A DNA stretch of 64,000 nt from a virus. The stretch covers positions 22,519 to 86,518 of the IMG/VR virus record IMGVR_UViG_3300032309_000911; one strand, written 5' to 3'. Of the stretch, positions 46,540 through 56,346 are shown piece after piece. The notes below the pieces were generated by a model. That model made no database searches, was not told the origin of the DNA, and saw nothing but the letters and a program-made list of their open reading frames with translations. The position numbers were made by a program, and so were the translations under genes. Each line of letters starts with the position of its first letter. The first letter of the stretch is position 1.

Positions 46540-48837
46540 ATGGCGAATATTCAATTACAATTTAGACGAGGTACTGCTTCTCAATGGACTAGTGCAAATA
46601 CAGTATTAGCTAGTGGAGAAATGGGTCTTGAAACAGATACACAAAAATTTAAAATAGGTAATGGTACTACTGCATGGAATAGTTTAACATATGCAAATTT
46701 AGGTTACACAGGTTCTCAAGGAGTTGGATATACAGGTTCACAAGGCAATCAAGGTACACAAGGTAATATTGGTTATACAGGTTCACAAGGAGTTGGATAT
46801 ACAGGTTCTGCTGGAACTAATGGTACAAATGGTGCTACAGGCTTTACAGGTTCTGCTGGTACAAATGGAGCTACAGGCTTTACAGGTTCACAAGGTGCTA
46901 TAGGTTATACAGGTTCAGCAGGTGGCGGCGGTGGCGGTGGCCCATTTGCTACCTGTAATACATCAAACATAGTTTCAACAGGTGCTAGTATAGGAACAGG
47001 TACAGGTGGAACAGGTACACATAACTTTTTTGCTGGCGCATGTGCTGGTGCTTGTAATACAACAGGCATTAATAATGTTTATATAGGCGAAAATGCTGGT
47101 CGTCTTAGTACAACTGGCAGTTGGTTTAATACCTTTTTAGGACAAAATGCAGGATGTTGTAACACTACTGGTAAATATAATACTTTTATAGGTCGTAATG
47201 CTGGACGTTGTAATACCACTGGTAGAGATAATACAATTTTCGGATTTTATGCCGGTGGTAAACAAAGCACGGCAAGTTGTAATTTTTTTGTAGGAAAATA
47301 TGCAGGATGTGATACTACCACAGGAAGTTGTAATACCTTTATAGGTTGTGGTGCTGGGCAGTTTAATCAAACTGGTTGCGGTATAATCAACATAGGATTG
47401 CGTGCTGGATTTTGTGCTACTGCTGGAAGTCATTCAGTTAATATAGGAACTTATGCTGGTTGTATAAATACAAATTCAAGTAATGTTATAATAGGTGAAT
47501 GTGCCGGTAAAAATTCAACAGGTTTTAATGATGTTTTCATAGGAAAATATGCTGGACTAAGCAATACAGGAAATAATAATTTTATGTTAGGTTGGGGAGC
47601 TGGTTGTGCTTCCACAAGTGGTTGTTATAATACTTTTATTGGATTAACAGCAGGTGCTAATAATACGTCAGGAAGATCAAATCTTTATATAGGTAGATAT
47701 GCTGGCCGTTGTAATACAACAGGCTCTCAAAACGTTTTAATAGGCGAATGTGCAGGAGTAGAATCTGGAGGAACAGATAATATTTTCATAGGTTGTAGAG
47801 CTGGATGTTGCAGTAATGGAACTTATAATATAGGTTTAGGACGTTCAACTGGGGTAAGAGTAACTAGTGGTAGTAATAATACTTTTTTAGGTAAAAGTGC
47901 TGGTGCATGTTTATTAGATGGTTCTCATAACTTTTTTGTAGGTTCAGGTGCAGGATTAAAAACAACTTCAGGAAGCAGAAATATATTTATTGGTGAAAGC
48001 ACAGGTCAATGTAACACTTCAGGAGGCTCAAATATTATTGTAGGAGGACAAGCTACAGGTATTACTAATACCACAGGTTCTTATAATATATTTTTAGGCA
48101 ATAATTCTGCCCGTTGTAATTTATCTGGTTGTTATAACGTTTTTATAGGTAATTCAGCTGGCCGATATAATAGTACAGGTTGTGGTAATATTCTTTTAGG
48201 TCAAAATAGTGGTTTTACTACAACATCTGATAATAATACTTTTGTAGGAAGATATTCAGGACAGAATAATAGTTCAGGTAATTCAAATACATTTGTAGGA
48301 TTAAGTGCTGGCCAATGTAATACTACAGGTTGTAATAATATATTCATTGGTTGTAAAACTGCTTGTGGAGCAACTATTGGATTGGCAAACATTACAACAG
48401 AATCAAATCGTATTATTTTAGGTAACAATGCTCATACTTGTGCTCAAATACAAGTTGCTTGGACAGCAGTATCAGATACTAGAGATAAATGTATTTACGG
48501 TTCAGTAAATAAAGGTCTTGGTTTTTTAAAATCTATTAATCCTATTGAGTTCGCATTTAAAGATCGTACTACAAACAAATTAATAGATCCAGTTGAAAAG
48601 AAAAGATATGGATTCAGCGCTCAAGAAATATTAGAATTAGAAGGTGAAAATCCTGTAATTGTTTCTAATGAAAATCCTGATAAGTTATTCTTAACGAATG
48701 ATTATCTAGTACCAGTTTTAGTAAATGCTATTAAAGAGTTAAATGTTGAAATAGAAACACTTAAAAACAACACAATTAAAGACTTAAACACTAAAATAGA
48801 AATTTTAGAAAATAAAGTAAAAGACCTAGAAAGCTAA
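46540..48837 (+). CDS. Tail fibre: Mtd-like N-terminal domain, Cys-rich beta-helix and S74 chaperone
   Basis: QFRRGTASQWTSANTVLASGEMGLETDT..KIGNG..W; about 30 Cys in NxFIG repeats; SDTRDK...YGFSAQE. Confidence 0.88.
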   Translation: MANIQLQFRRGTASQWTSANTVLASGEMGLETDTQKFKIGNGTTAWNSLTYANLGYTGSQGVGYTGSQGNQGTQGNIGYTGSQGVGYTGSAGTNGTNGATGFTGSAGTNGATGFTGSQGAIGYTGSAGGGGGGGPFATCNTSNIVSTGASIGTGTGGTGTHNFFAGACAGACNTTGINNVYIGENAGRLSTTGSWFNTFLGQNAGCCNTTGKYNTFIGRNAGRCNTTGRDNTIFGFYAGGKQSTASCNFFVGKYAGCDTTTGSCNTFIGCGAGQFNQTGCGIINIGLRAGFCATAGSHSVNIGTYAGCINTNSSNVIIGECAGKNSTGFNDVFIGKYAGLSNTGNNNFMLGWGAGCASTSGCYNTFIGLTAGANNTSGRSNLYIGRYAGRCNTTGSQNVLIGECAGVESGGTDNIFIGCRAGCCSNGTYNIGLGRSTGVRVTSGSNNTFLGKSAGACLLDGSHNFFVGSGAGLKTTSGSRNIFIGESTGQCNTSGGSNIIVGGQATGITNTTGSYNIFLGNNSARCNLSGCYNVFIGNSAGRYNSTGCGNILLGQNSGFTTTSDNNTFVGRYSGQNNSSGNSNTFVGLSAGQCNTTGCNNIFIGCKTACGATIGLANITTESNRIILGNNAHTCAQIQVAWTAVSDTRDKCIYGSVNKGLGFLKSINPIEFAFKDRTTNKLIDPVEKKRYGFSAQEILELEGENPVIVSNENPDKLFLTNDYLVPVLVNAIKELNVEIETLKNNTIKDLNTKIEILENKVKDLES

Positions 48838-48855
48838 TAATCACTAATTATTTTA

Positions 48856-48863
48856 TATAAATA
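48856..48863 (+). promoter_or_regulatory. Late promoter TATAAATA
   Basis: Exact consensus 9 nt before gp13. Confidence 0.8.
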
Positions 48864-48872
48864 GTAGAGATT

Positions 48873-49685
48873 ATGGCCACTCCAGCAACAAGAGAAACAT
48901 TAAAACAATACGCTTTACGATCATTAGGTAAACCTGTTATAGAAATTAACGTGGATAATGATCAGTTAGAAGATCGTTTAGATGAGGCGTTACAGTTCTA
49001 TGCACAATATCATTATGATGGTATTCGTAGAACATATCTTAAATATAAATTAACAGACGCTGATAAAACAAGATTGAAGGCCTCTACTCCTACTACAGAA
49101 ACCGTTACTAAAGGTTCAGTTTCAACTACATGGTACGAAGCAAACAATTATATCGTAGTTCCTGAAACTGTTATTTCTGTTGTTAACGTTTTACCTTTTT
49201 CAGATAAAGCAAATTTAAATATGTTTGACGTAAGATATCAATTACGTTTAAATGACCTTTACGATTTTGCTTCAACATCTATTATCAACTATGATATGGT
49301 GTTAAGACATTTAGATTTCTTAGATCAAATATTAGTAGGTATGAAACCTATAAGATTTCAACAACACGATAACAGATTGTATATTGATATGGATTGGGAA
49401 ATGGATATGCAAGTGAATGAATACTTAGTAATAGAATGTTATCGTAAATTAGATCCTAATACTTACGTAGATGTTTATAACGACATTTGGTTAAAAAGAT
49501 ATGTAACTGCTCAATTTAAAAGACAGTGGGGAAGTAACCTTTCAAAATTTAATGGTGTAACTATGTTAGGTAATGTTACGTTAAACGGTGAAAAATTATT
49601 TTTAGAAGCTCAAACAGAAATAGAAAAACTAGAAAAAGAAATAAGAGACTCTTACGAAATTGCTCCAACATTTATGATAGGATAA
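48873..49685 (+). CDS. gp13: Neck protein gp13
   Basis: LKQYALRSLGKPVIEINV, YHYDG and KRQWGSNLSKF. Confidence 0.93.
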   Translation: MATPATRETLKQYALRSLGKPVIEINVDNDQLEDRLDEALQFYAQYHYDGIRRTYLKYKLTDADKTRLKASTPTTETVTKGSVSTTWYEANNYIVVPETVISVVNVLPFSDKANLNMFDVRYQLRLNDLYDFASTSIINYDMVLRHLDFLDQILVGMKPIRFQQHDNRLYIDMDWEMDMQVNEYLVIECYRKLDPNTYVDVYNDIWLKRYVTAQFKRQWGSNLSKFNGVTMLGNVTLNGEKLFLEAQTEIEKLEKEIRDSYEIAPTFMIG

Positions 49686-49688
49686 TGT

Positions 49689-50489
49689 ATGGTTGTAATG
49701 AATCCATATTTTCAATCAGGAAATGGCATTGGTAACCGTGCCGAACAAAGACTTCACGAAGATTTAATTATAGAAGGCTTAAAGATATATGGTAATTTGG
49801 TTTACTATATGCCTAGAACTTTAGTTAATAAAGATATTATTTTAGGTGAAGATGTTGCTAGCAAATTTAAAAATGCTTTACCTGTTGAAATGTATTTTGA
49901 AACAACCGAAGGATTTTTAGGCCAACAAGAAATAATTAATAAATTTGGTTTAGAAATACGTGAAGATACTACATTTATGGTATCTAAAAGAAGATTTGAA
50001 GAATTGGTTAGTTCACGATCAAATATGATTGCTGAAGGCCGACCAAATGAAGGCGATATACTCTACATGCCTTTAATGAACAGTTTTTTTGAAATACTGT
50101 TTGTAGAAGATCAACAACCGTTTTTTCAACTAGGTAATTTACCAGTTTATAAAATAAGAGTAACACGTTGGGAATACTCAAGCGAAGATTTAGATACAGG
50201 CGTTCAAGCTATTGATGAAAAAGAAGAAATATTTACATTAAATCAATTAGATCAACATTTTTCTTTAGAAGATGAAAGTGGTGCTTTATTATTAGAAAAC
50301 GACACAGTAAATGCTGATAATAATTACTTCTTATTAGAAACATTTAATGAAACTATAAATTCAACTTACTCTGATAATAATGATTTAGATAATGAAGCTG
50401 GATTCGACACAGCTTCAACAGCTGATGATATATTAGACTTTTCAGAAACAAATCCTTTTGGCGAACCAGGATCAGGGAGTATATTTTAA
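49689..50489 (+). CDS. gp14: Neck/head-closure protein gp14
   Basis: YYMPR, KFGLEIR, RPNEGDILY, FFQLG and LDFSETNPFG. Confidence 0.93.
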   Translation: MVVMNPYFQSGNGIGNRAEQRLHEDLIIEGLKIYGNLVYYMPRTLVNKDIILGEDVASKFKNALPVEMYFETTEGFLGQQEIINKFGLEIREDTTFMVSKRRFEELVSSRSNMIAEGRPNEGDILYMPLMNSFFEILFVEDQQPFFQLGNLPVYKIRVTRWEYSSEDLDTGVQAIDEKEEIFTLNQLDQHFSLEDESGALLLENDTVNADNNYFLLETFNETINSTYSDNNDLDNEAGFDTASTADDILDFSETNPFGEPGSGSIF

Positions 50490-51259
50490 TGTTTGGTAAT
50501 TTTTTCTACAACCAAGGTCTAAGAAGATTAACTGTGGCTTTTGGAACTATTTTTAATAAAATACAAGTTAAAAAAGCAGATGCTGATGGCAAACAAGTTC
50601 AAAGTGTTACTGTACCATTAGCTTATGGTCCAAAAGAAAAATTTATGGTTCGTTTAGATCAACAAAAAGATTTACAAGATAGAGAGTTTGCAATTGTTTT
50701 ACCACGTATGAGTTTTGAAATATCTGGTATTGCTTATGACCCTACAAGAAAATTAACAAGAATACAAAAATTTAGAACACCAAAAACAAGTACAAACACA
50801 GGCGTTAATTATAATTACACACCCGTACCTTATAATATAAATTACACTTTAAATGTATTTACAGCTACAGCTGAAAATGGTTTACAAATAGTAGAACAAA
50901 TACTTCCATATTTTCAACCAGATTATACAGTTACTTTAAATTTAATACCTGAATTAGATATAAAAAGAGACGTACCTATAGTTTTAAATACCGTAAATTA
51001 TGAAGATAGTTACACAGGAGATTTTTTAACAAGAAGAGCTGTTATCTATACTTTAAATTTTACCGCTAAAACATATCTATTTGGACCTGCTACTACTAGT
51101 AAAGTTATTCTTAGTTCTCAAGCAGATGTTTATGGAACTACTGATATTAATAATGCTAAAATTGAAGAAAGAATAACTGTTGTTCCAGATCCTATAACTG
51201 CTGATGCTAATGATGATTTTGGATTTACTGTAACAATTGAAAATCAACCTGAAGAATAA
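50489..51259 (+). CDS. gp15: Tail sheath stabilizer/terminator gp15
   Basis: VPLAYGPKEKF, LPRMSFE and QIVEQILPYFQP. Confidence 0.95.
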   Translation: MFGNFFYNQGLRRLTVAFGTIFNKIQVKKADADGKQVQSVTVPLAYGPKEKFMVRLDQQKDLQDREFAIVLPRMSFEISGIAYDPTRKLTRIQKFRTPKTSTNTGVNYNYTPVPYNINYTLNVFTATAENGLQIVEQILPYFQPDYTVTLNLIPELDIKRDVPIVLNTVNYEDSYTGDFLTRRAVIYTLNFTAKTYLFGPATTSKVILSSQADVYGTTDINNAKIEERITVVPDPITADANDDFGFTVTIENQPEE

Positions 51260-51279
51260 TATACATAATAAATAGTATT

Positions 51280-51756
51280 ATGACTAAAATTGAAGATAAA
51301 GTAAATGAAATATTAGGTATTGAATCTACAGAAAAACCTACGTTAGAATCTATTGTTAAAGTAGATAATCCTCCTGTATCTAGAATAGAAGATAGAAATA
51401 AACCTGATATAGATAATGATTATAATTATAGTAGAGAGAGTTACTATAATTTAATAGAAAAAGGTCAAGAAGCTATCGAAGGTATTTTAGAGATAGCAAA
51501 AGAAGGACAACATCCTAGAGCTTACGAAGTGGCCGGTCAATTAATAACAAACGTGGCCAACACAGTAGATAAGTTACAAGACTTACAAAAGAAATTAAAA
51601 GATTTAAAAGATTTGCCTAAATCTGCTTCGCCTCAGATTAAAAATGCTTTATTTGTAGGTTCTACTGCTGAATTACAAAAGATGTTAAAGAGTAAAAATG
51701 AAAATACTAAAAGCGAAGAAAAATTACCTGAACAAACAATCGTTTCAGATAAGTGA
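51280..51756 (+). CDS. gp16: Terminase small subunit gp16
   Basis: DYNYSRE, HPRAYEVAGQL and LFVGSTAELQKML; AATAAATA at 51267-51274. Confidence 0.93.
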   Translation: MTKIEDKVNEILGIESTEKPTLESIVKVDNPPVSRIEDRNKPDIDNDYNYSRESYYNLIEKGQEAIEGILEIAKEGQHPRAYEVAGQLITNVANTVDKLQDLQKKLKDLKDLPKSASPQIKNALFVGSTAELQKMLKSKNENTKSEEKLPEQTIVSDK

Positions 51757-51985
51757 TTTGACTTATATTAAATCAATGACTCCTTTAAAAGAGTTATTAA
51801 ATGGTGAAAATATGATTGAACCAATAGAAGTTATAAAACATAGTATATCAGATACACCAAGAGTAGGTGCAGCTGGCCAACCTTATATTGAAAAGAAATA
51901 TAGTGTTTGGAAAGGCAGTCAACGAATACAGGCCGCTTTACAATTAGGTTATACACATATAGAAGGAATTATAGTCAATGAGTGA
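51698..51985 (+). CDS. Small hypothetical protein, weakly ParB/Srx-like
   Basis: KGSQRIQAALQLGYTHIEGIIV resembles the ParB G.hR..A...LG motif; overlaps gp16 and gp17. Confidence 0.6.
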   Translation: MKILKAKKNYLNKQSFQISDLTYIKSMTPLKELLNGENMIEPIEVIKHSISDTPRVGAAGQPYIEKKYSVWKGSQRIQAALQLGYTHIEGIIVNE

Positions 51986-53615
51986 AGTTTATCTAGGCAA
52001 TCCAAATCTTAAAAAGGCCAATGTGCCTGTTGAATTTACACAGGAACAAATACAAGAGTTTGATAAGTGTTCTAAAGATCCTTTATATTTTATTCAAAAC
52101 TATGTAAAGATTGTTTCTTTAGATGAAGGTTTAGTACCATTTAAAATGTACGACTTTCAAAAAGAGATGATTGGTACAATGCACAGTAATAGATTTACAA
52201 TATGCAAATTACCTAGACAATCAGGTAAATCAACTACGATAGTTTCTTATCTATTACATTATGCAATATTTAATCCAAATTGTAATATTGCTATACTTGC
52301 AAACAAGTCATCAACAGCAAGAGACATATTAGGAAGATTACAATTAGCTTATGAGAATATACCAAAGTTTTTACAACAAGGTGTATTAAATTGGAACAAA
52401 GGTAGTATTGAATTAGAAAACGGTAGTAAAATTGTTGCAGCTGCCACATCTTCTAGTGCAATTCGAGGAGGTTCTTATAACATCATATTCTTAGACGAGT
52501 TTGCTTTCGTGCCTGCAACGATTGCTGAACAATTCTTTAGTTCAGTTTTTCCTACAATATCTTCTGGTAAAAATACTAAAATGATTATCGTATCTACTCC
52601 ACACGGTATGAATATGTACTATAAGTTATGGACTGATGCGGTAAATAAACAAAATGATTATGTACCTATTGATGTACATTGGTCGGAAGTTCCAGGAAGA
52701 GATCAAAAATGGAAAGAAGATACTATAAGAAATACAAGTCAAGAACAATTTAATCAGGAGTTTGAGTGCGAATTTTTAGGATCTACAGATACTCTTATAT
52801 CTGCTACTAAAATAAAATCAACACCATATATTAAACCTTTAGAGTCAAGAGGCGGTTTAGATATATTTGAAAGGCCTGATAAAAATAAAATTTATGTTTG
52901 CACCGTTGACGTAGCAAGAGGTATTACAAAAGATTATTCAGCATTTATTATATTTGATGTGTCTCAAATGCCTTATAAAGTGGTTGCTAAGTATCGTAAT
53001 AACGAAGTTAAACCTTTGGTGTTTCCAAACATTATAGAACAAACATGTAAAGGTTATAATAGAGCTCATATATTGATTGAAGTAAATGATCTAGGAGGAC
53101 AGATATCGGACGCATTACAATATGATTTAGAATATGATAATCTATTAATGACTACACAACGTGGACGAGCTGGACAAGTTTTAGGAACAGGATTTAGTGG
53201 AAGAGGCAGTCAATTAGGTATTCGTATGACTAAACAAATTAAAAAAATTGGATGTTCTAATTTAAAAACAATAGTCGAATCTGATAAGATTATTATAAAT
53301 GACTTCAACATTATAGAAGAAATGTCCACTTTTTCAAGACGACATAATTCTTGGATGGCTGAAGAAGGTTGTAATGATGACTTGATGACTTGTCTTATTA
53401 TATTTGGTTGGTTATCTAATCAAACATACTTTAAAGAACTAAGTAATTCTGATGTTCGTTCTAAGTTATACGAAGAACAGTCTAATATAATAGAACAAGA
53501 CATGGCACCTTTTGGTTTTATTGATGATGGCCTTACATCTCCTGAAGATCAACCTTTTAAAGATGAATATGGAGAAGTGTGGAATCCAGTTCATATAAGG
53601 AGAGGTGAGAGTTAA
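51978..53615 (+). CDS. gp17: Terminase large subunit gp17
   Basis: YLGNPNLK, PRQSGKST Walker A, IFLDEFAF Walker B, VSTPHG and DDL. Confidence 0.97.
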   Translation: MSEVYLGNPNLKKANVPVEFTQEQIQEFDKCSKDPLYFIQNYVKIVSLDEGLVPFKMYDFQKEMIGTMHSNRFTICKLPRQSGKSTTIVSYLLHYAIFNPNCNIAILANKSSTARDILGRLQLAYENIPKFLQQGVLNWNKGSIELENGSKIVAAATSSSAIRGGSYNIIFLDEFAFVPATIAEQFFSSVFPTISSGKNTKMIIVSTPHGMNMYYKLWTDAVNKQNDYVPIDVHWSEVPGRDQKWKEDTIRNTSQEQFNQEFECEFLGSTDTLISATKIKSTPYIKPLESRGGLDIFERPDKNKIYVCTVDVARGITKDYSAFIIFDVSQMPYKVVAKYRNNEVKPLVFPNIIEQTCKGYNRAHILIEVNDLGGQISDALQYDLEYDNLLMTTQRGRAGQVLGTGFSGRGSQLGIRMTKQIKKIGCSNLKTIVESDKIIINDFNIIEEMSTFSRRHNSWMAEEGCNDDLMTCLIIFGWLSNQTYFKELSNSDVRSKLYEEQSNIIEQDMAPFGFIDDGLTSPEDQPFKDEYGEVWNPVHIRRGES

Positions 53616-53648
53616 AAATCGTTATAAAAACGTCAAAAATACGTATTT

Positions 53649-53656
53649 TATAAATA
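53649..53656 (+). promoter_or_regulatory. Late promoter TATAAATA
   Basis: Exact consensus upstream of gp18. Confidence 0.8.
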
Positions 53657-53751
53657 GATGTGTAATGATAATTTTTGACTATGGGCGTATGAATAATACG
53701 ATTATTGGATTATATATGTTAAAATTAGCTAATTAAAAAGGAGAAAACCTA

Positions 53752-55677
53752 ATGGCATTTCAAGTATCACCAGGAGTTCTCGTACAAGAAAAAGACCTGA
53801 CAACGATTATTCCAGCAGTATCTACTTCAGTAGGTGCATTTGCAGGAGAGTTCAGAAAAGGTCCTTTGGACGAAATCGTAACGATTTCTAGTGAAAATGA
53901 ATTAGTAGATACGTTTGGCAAACCAGACTCAAATAACTTTGAGGATTTTTTTAGTGCTGCCAACTTTTTACAATATTCAAACGCATTAAGAATAGTACGA
54001 GCACAAAACTCTGGAGTATCAAACGCAACAGCTTCAGGAAGCACGTTTGTTATAAAAAATAGTACAGATTATATTAATAATTATTCTACTGGACAAGGAT
54101 CAGTAGGCGAGTGGGCTGCTAGAACAGCAGGCGCTTGGGGAAACAGTTTACTAGTTTCTATTTGTCCTTCATCAACTGCTTACGAAACAACTGTTGTAAC
54201 AACTTTAAATGACGCTTCAACAGCTGTTGGAGATACAACAGTATCAGTATCGAGTGGAACTAATATTGCTGTTGGCGATATTATTTCTTTTTCAACTACT
54301 GCTGCTACAAGCGATTATGACGATGGACATGAATATAGAGTAACATCTAAATCTACAAACGATATAACTTTTGTAAGACATTCTTCAGGACAAGGTGGTT
54401 TACAAAGAGCATTAACAATTGGTTGTAATATTAGACGTAGATGGAGATATTACGATCAAGTAAATGGCGCTCCAGGAACATCATCTTATGCTTCTTCAAA
54501 AGGTGGATCAAATGACGAGATTCACGTTGTTGTAGTTGACGAAGATGGCGTTGTATCAGGAACACCAGGTACAGTTTTAGAAGTTTATTCAAAATTATCA
54601 AAAGCTTCTGATGCTAAAAATCCACAAGGAGACACTAACTATTATCCTTCAGTAATACTTAATAAATCTAAGTATGTTTATTGGATGGATCATAACGCAA
54701 GTGGTTCAAATTGGGGAAATACAGCTACTGGAACAACTTTCACTTCAGTAACTACTCCAACATTAACATCATTATCTAATGGTTCTGATGGTTCTACAGT
54801 AACAACTGGTCAAAAGAAAACAGCATACGAAAAGTTTTTAGATGCTGAAACAGTTGATGTGGGATTAATCATTGCTGGTCCAGGTAATGCTGCTCACGTT
54901 GATAACGTAATAACAATTGCAGAAACTAGAAAAGATGCAGTTGCTTTCATATCACCGGAGAGAACTGATGTTGTTAACATTACAAACGCAAATACACAGA
55001 CTAATAACGTAATTGATTTTTACTCTACAATTCGTTCTTCTTCTTATGTTGTGTTTGATAGTGGTTACAAATATCAATATGATAGATACAATGACGTGTA
55101 CAGATATGTACCGTTAAACGGAGATATAGCAGGTCTTTCTGCTAGAACTGATTTAATTGCAGACTCTTGGTACTCACCAGCTGGTTACAACCGAGGTGGT
55201 GTTAGAGGTGCCGTTAAGTTAGCTTATAATCCAAATAAAACTCAAAGAGATGACCTATACAGAAATAGAGTTAACGCTGTGGTAACATTCCCTGGCCAAG
55301 GCACTGTTCTGTTTGGTGATAAAACTGGATTAAGCGCTCCATCAGCATTTGATAGAATAAATGTTAGAAGATTGTTTATCACATTAGAAAAAGCAATATC
55401 TACAGCTGCTAAATTCCAATTGTTTGAATTTAATGACGAGTTTACTAGAGCAAACTTTAGAAATATCGTTGAGCCGTTCTTACGAGAGGTACAAGGTAGA
55501 AAAGGTATTACTGATTTCTTAGTAGTATGTGATGACACAAATAATACAGGCGACGTAATTGATAGAAATGAATTTGTAGCAGAAATATATGTTAAACCTG
55601 CTAGAAGTATCAACTTTATCACATTATCGTTTATAGCAACCAGAACTGGTGTTTCTTTTTCAGAAATAGCAGGATAA
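53752..55677 (+). CDS. gp18: Tail sheath protein gp18
   Basis: FQVSPGV, WYSPAGYNRG, FDRINVRRLF and KPARSINFI. Confidence 0.97.
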   Translation: MAFQVSPGVLVQEKDLTTIIPAVSTSVGAFAGEFRKGPLDEIVTISSENELVDTFGKPDSNNFEDFFSAANFLQYSNALRIVRAQNSGVSNATASGSTFVIKNSTDYINNYSTGQGSVGEWAARTAGAWGNSLLVSICPSSTAYETTVVTTLNDASTAVGDTTVSVSSGTNIAVGDIISFSTTAATSDYDDGHEYRVTSKSTNDITFVRHSSGQGGLQRALTIGCNIRRRWRYYDQVNGAPGTSSYASSKGGSNDEIHVVVVDEDGVVSGTPGTVLEVYSKLSKASDAKNPQGDTNYYPSVILNKSKYVYWMDHNASGSNWGNTATGTTFTSVTTPTLTSLSNGSDGSTVTTGQKKTAYEKFLDAETVDVGLIIAGPGNAAHVDNVITIAETRKDAVAFISPERTDVVNITNANTQTNNVIDFYSTIRSSSYVVFDSGYKYQYDRYNDVYRYVPLNGDIAGLSARTDLIADSWYSPAGYNRGGVRGAVKLAYNPNKTQRDDLYRNRVNAVVTFPGQGTVLFGDKTGLSAPSAFDRINVRRLFITLEKAISTAAKFQLFEFNDEFTRANFRNIVEPFLREVQGRKGITDFLVVCDDTNNTGDVIDRNEFVAEIYVKPARSINFITLSFIATRTGVSFSEIAG

Positions 55678-55699
55678 TTTAGAATAGGAGAACAAAAAA

Positions 55700-56227
55700 A
55701 TGGCAAACATTAATGACTTCAAAGCTAAACTTTCTGGCGGCGGCGCTCGTGCTAACCAGTTTAAGGTAGTAATGCCTTTTCCAGGTTATGCTCAAGTTGG
55801 TGGCGAAATAGAGGATCTTGCTTTCTTATGTAGAGCAACAACTATACCTGCTATGACACTAGGTGAGGTTGACGTTAAGTTTAGAGGTCGATCAATCAAA
55901 ATCGCAGGAGATAGAACATTTGCAGATTGGACTGTTACAGTTTATAACGATTCAAACTTCAAATTAAGAAATGCTTTTGAAAGATGGCAAAATGGTATCA
56001 ACAATATGACTGATAACGAAGGATTAACAAATCCAGCTGATTATCAAGTAGATTCGTTTGTAGATCATTTAGATCGTAACGGAAATACTATTAAATCATA
56101 CACACTTAGAGGTCTTTTTCCAAAAGATATCGGTGCTATAGATTTAACGTATGACGAACAAACATCAATCGAACAGTTTGTTGTTACTTTTGCATACCAA
56201 TACTTTGAAACAAATACTACTACATAG
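55700..56227 (+). CDS. gp19: Tail tube protein gp19
   Basis: GGGARANQF, FRGRSIKIAGDRTFADW and FVVTFAYQY. Confidence 0.96.
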   Translation: MANINDFKAKLSGGGARANQFKVVMPFPGYAQVGGEIEDLAFLCRATTIPAMTLGEVDVKFRGRSIKIAGDRTFADWTVTVYNDSNFKLRNAFERWQNGINNMTDNEGLTNPADYQVDSFVDHLDRNGNTIKSYTLRGLFPKDIGAIDLTYDEQTSIEQFVVTFAYQYFETNTTT

Positions 56228-56241
56228 TAGTTAATATTAAG

Positions 56242-56269
56242 AAGAGCCGCCTAAAAAGCGGCTCTTTTT
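56242..56269 (+). terminator. Rho-independent terminator after gp19
   Basis: AAGAGCCGC-ctaaaaa-GCGGCTCTT followed by T-tract. Confidence 0.85.
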
Positions 56270-56274
56270 AGACT

Positions 56275-56282
56275 TATAAATA
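56275..56282 (+). promoter_or_regulatory. Late promoter TATAAATA for portal
   Basis: Exact consensus immediately after the terminator. Confidence 0.8.
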
Positions 56283-56346
56283 ATATTATGAAACAACAAC
56301 ATCACATACTTCTTAAACATATGAGTGGTGAAAAAAGGATTTAATT

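Noticed and set aside
46540-48837. Diversity-generating retroelement suggested by the Mtd-like N-terminus
   Set aside because: No reverse transcriptase in the window; the duplicated fibre segments differ at all base types rather than only at adenines
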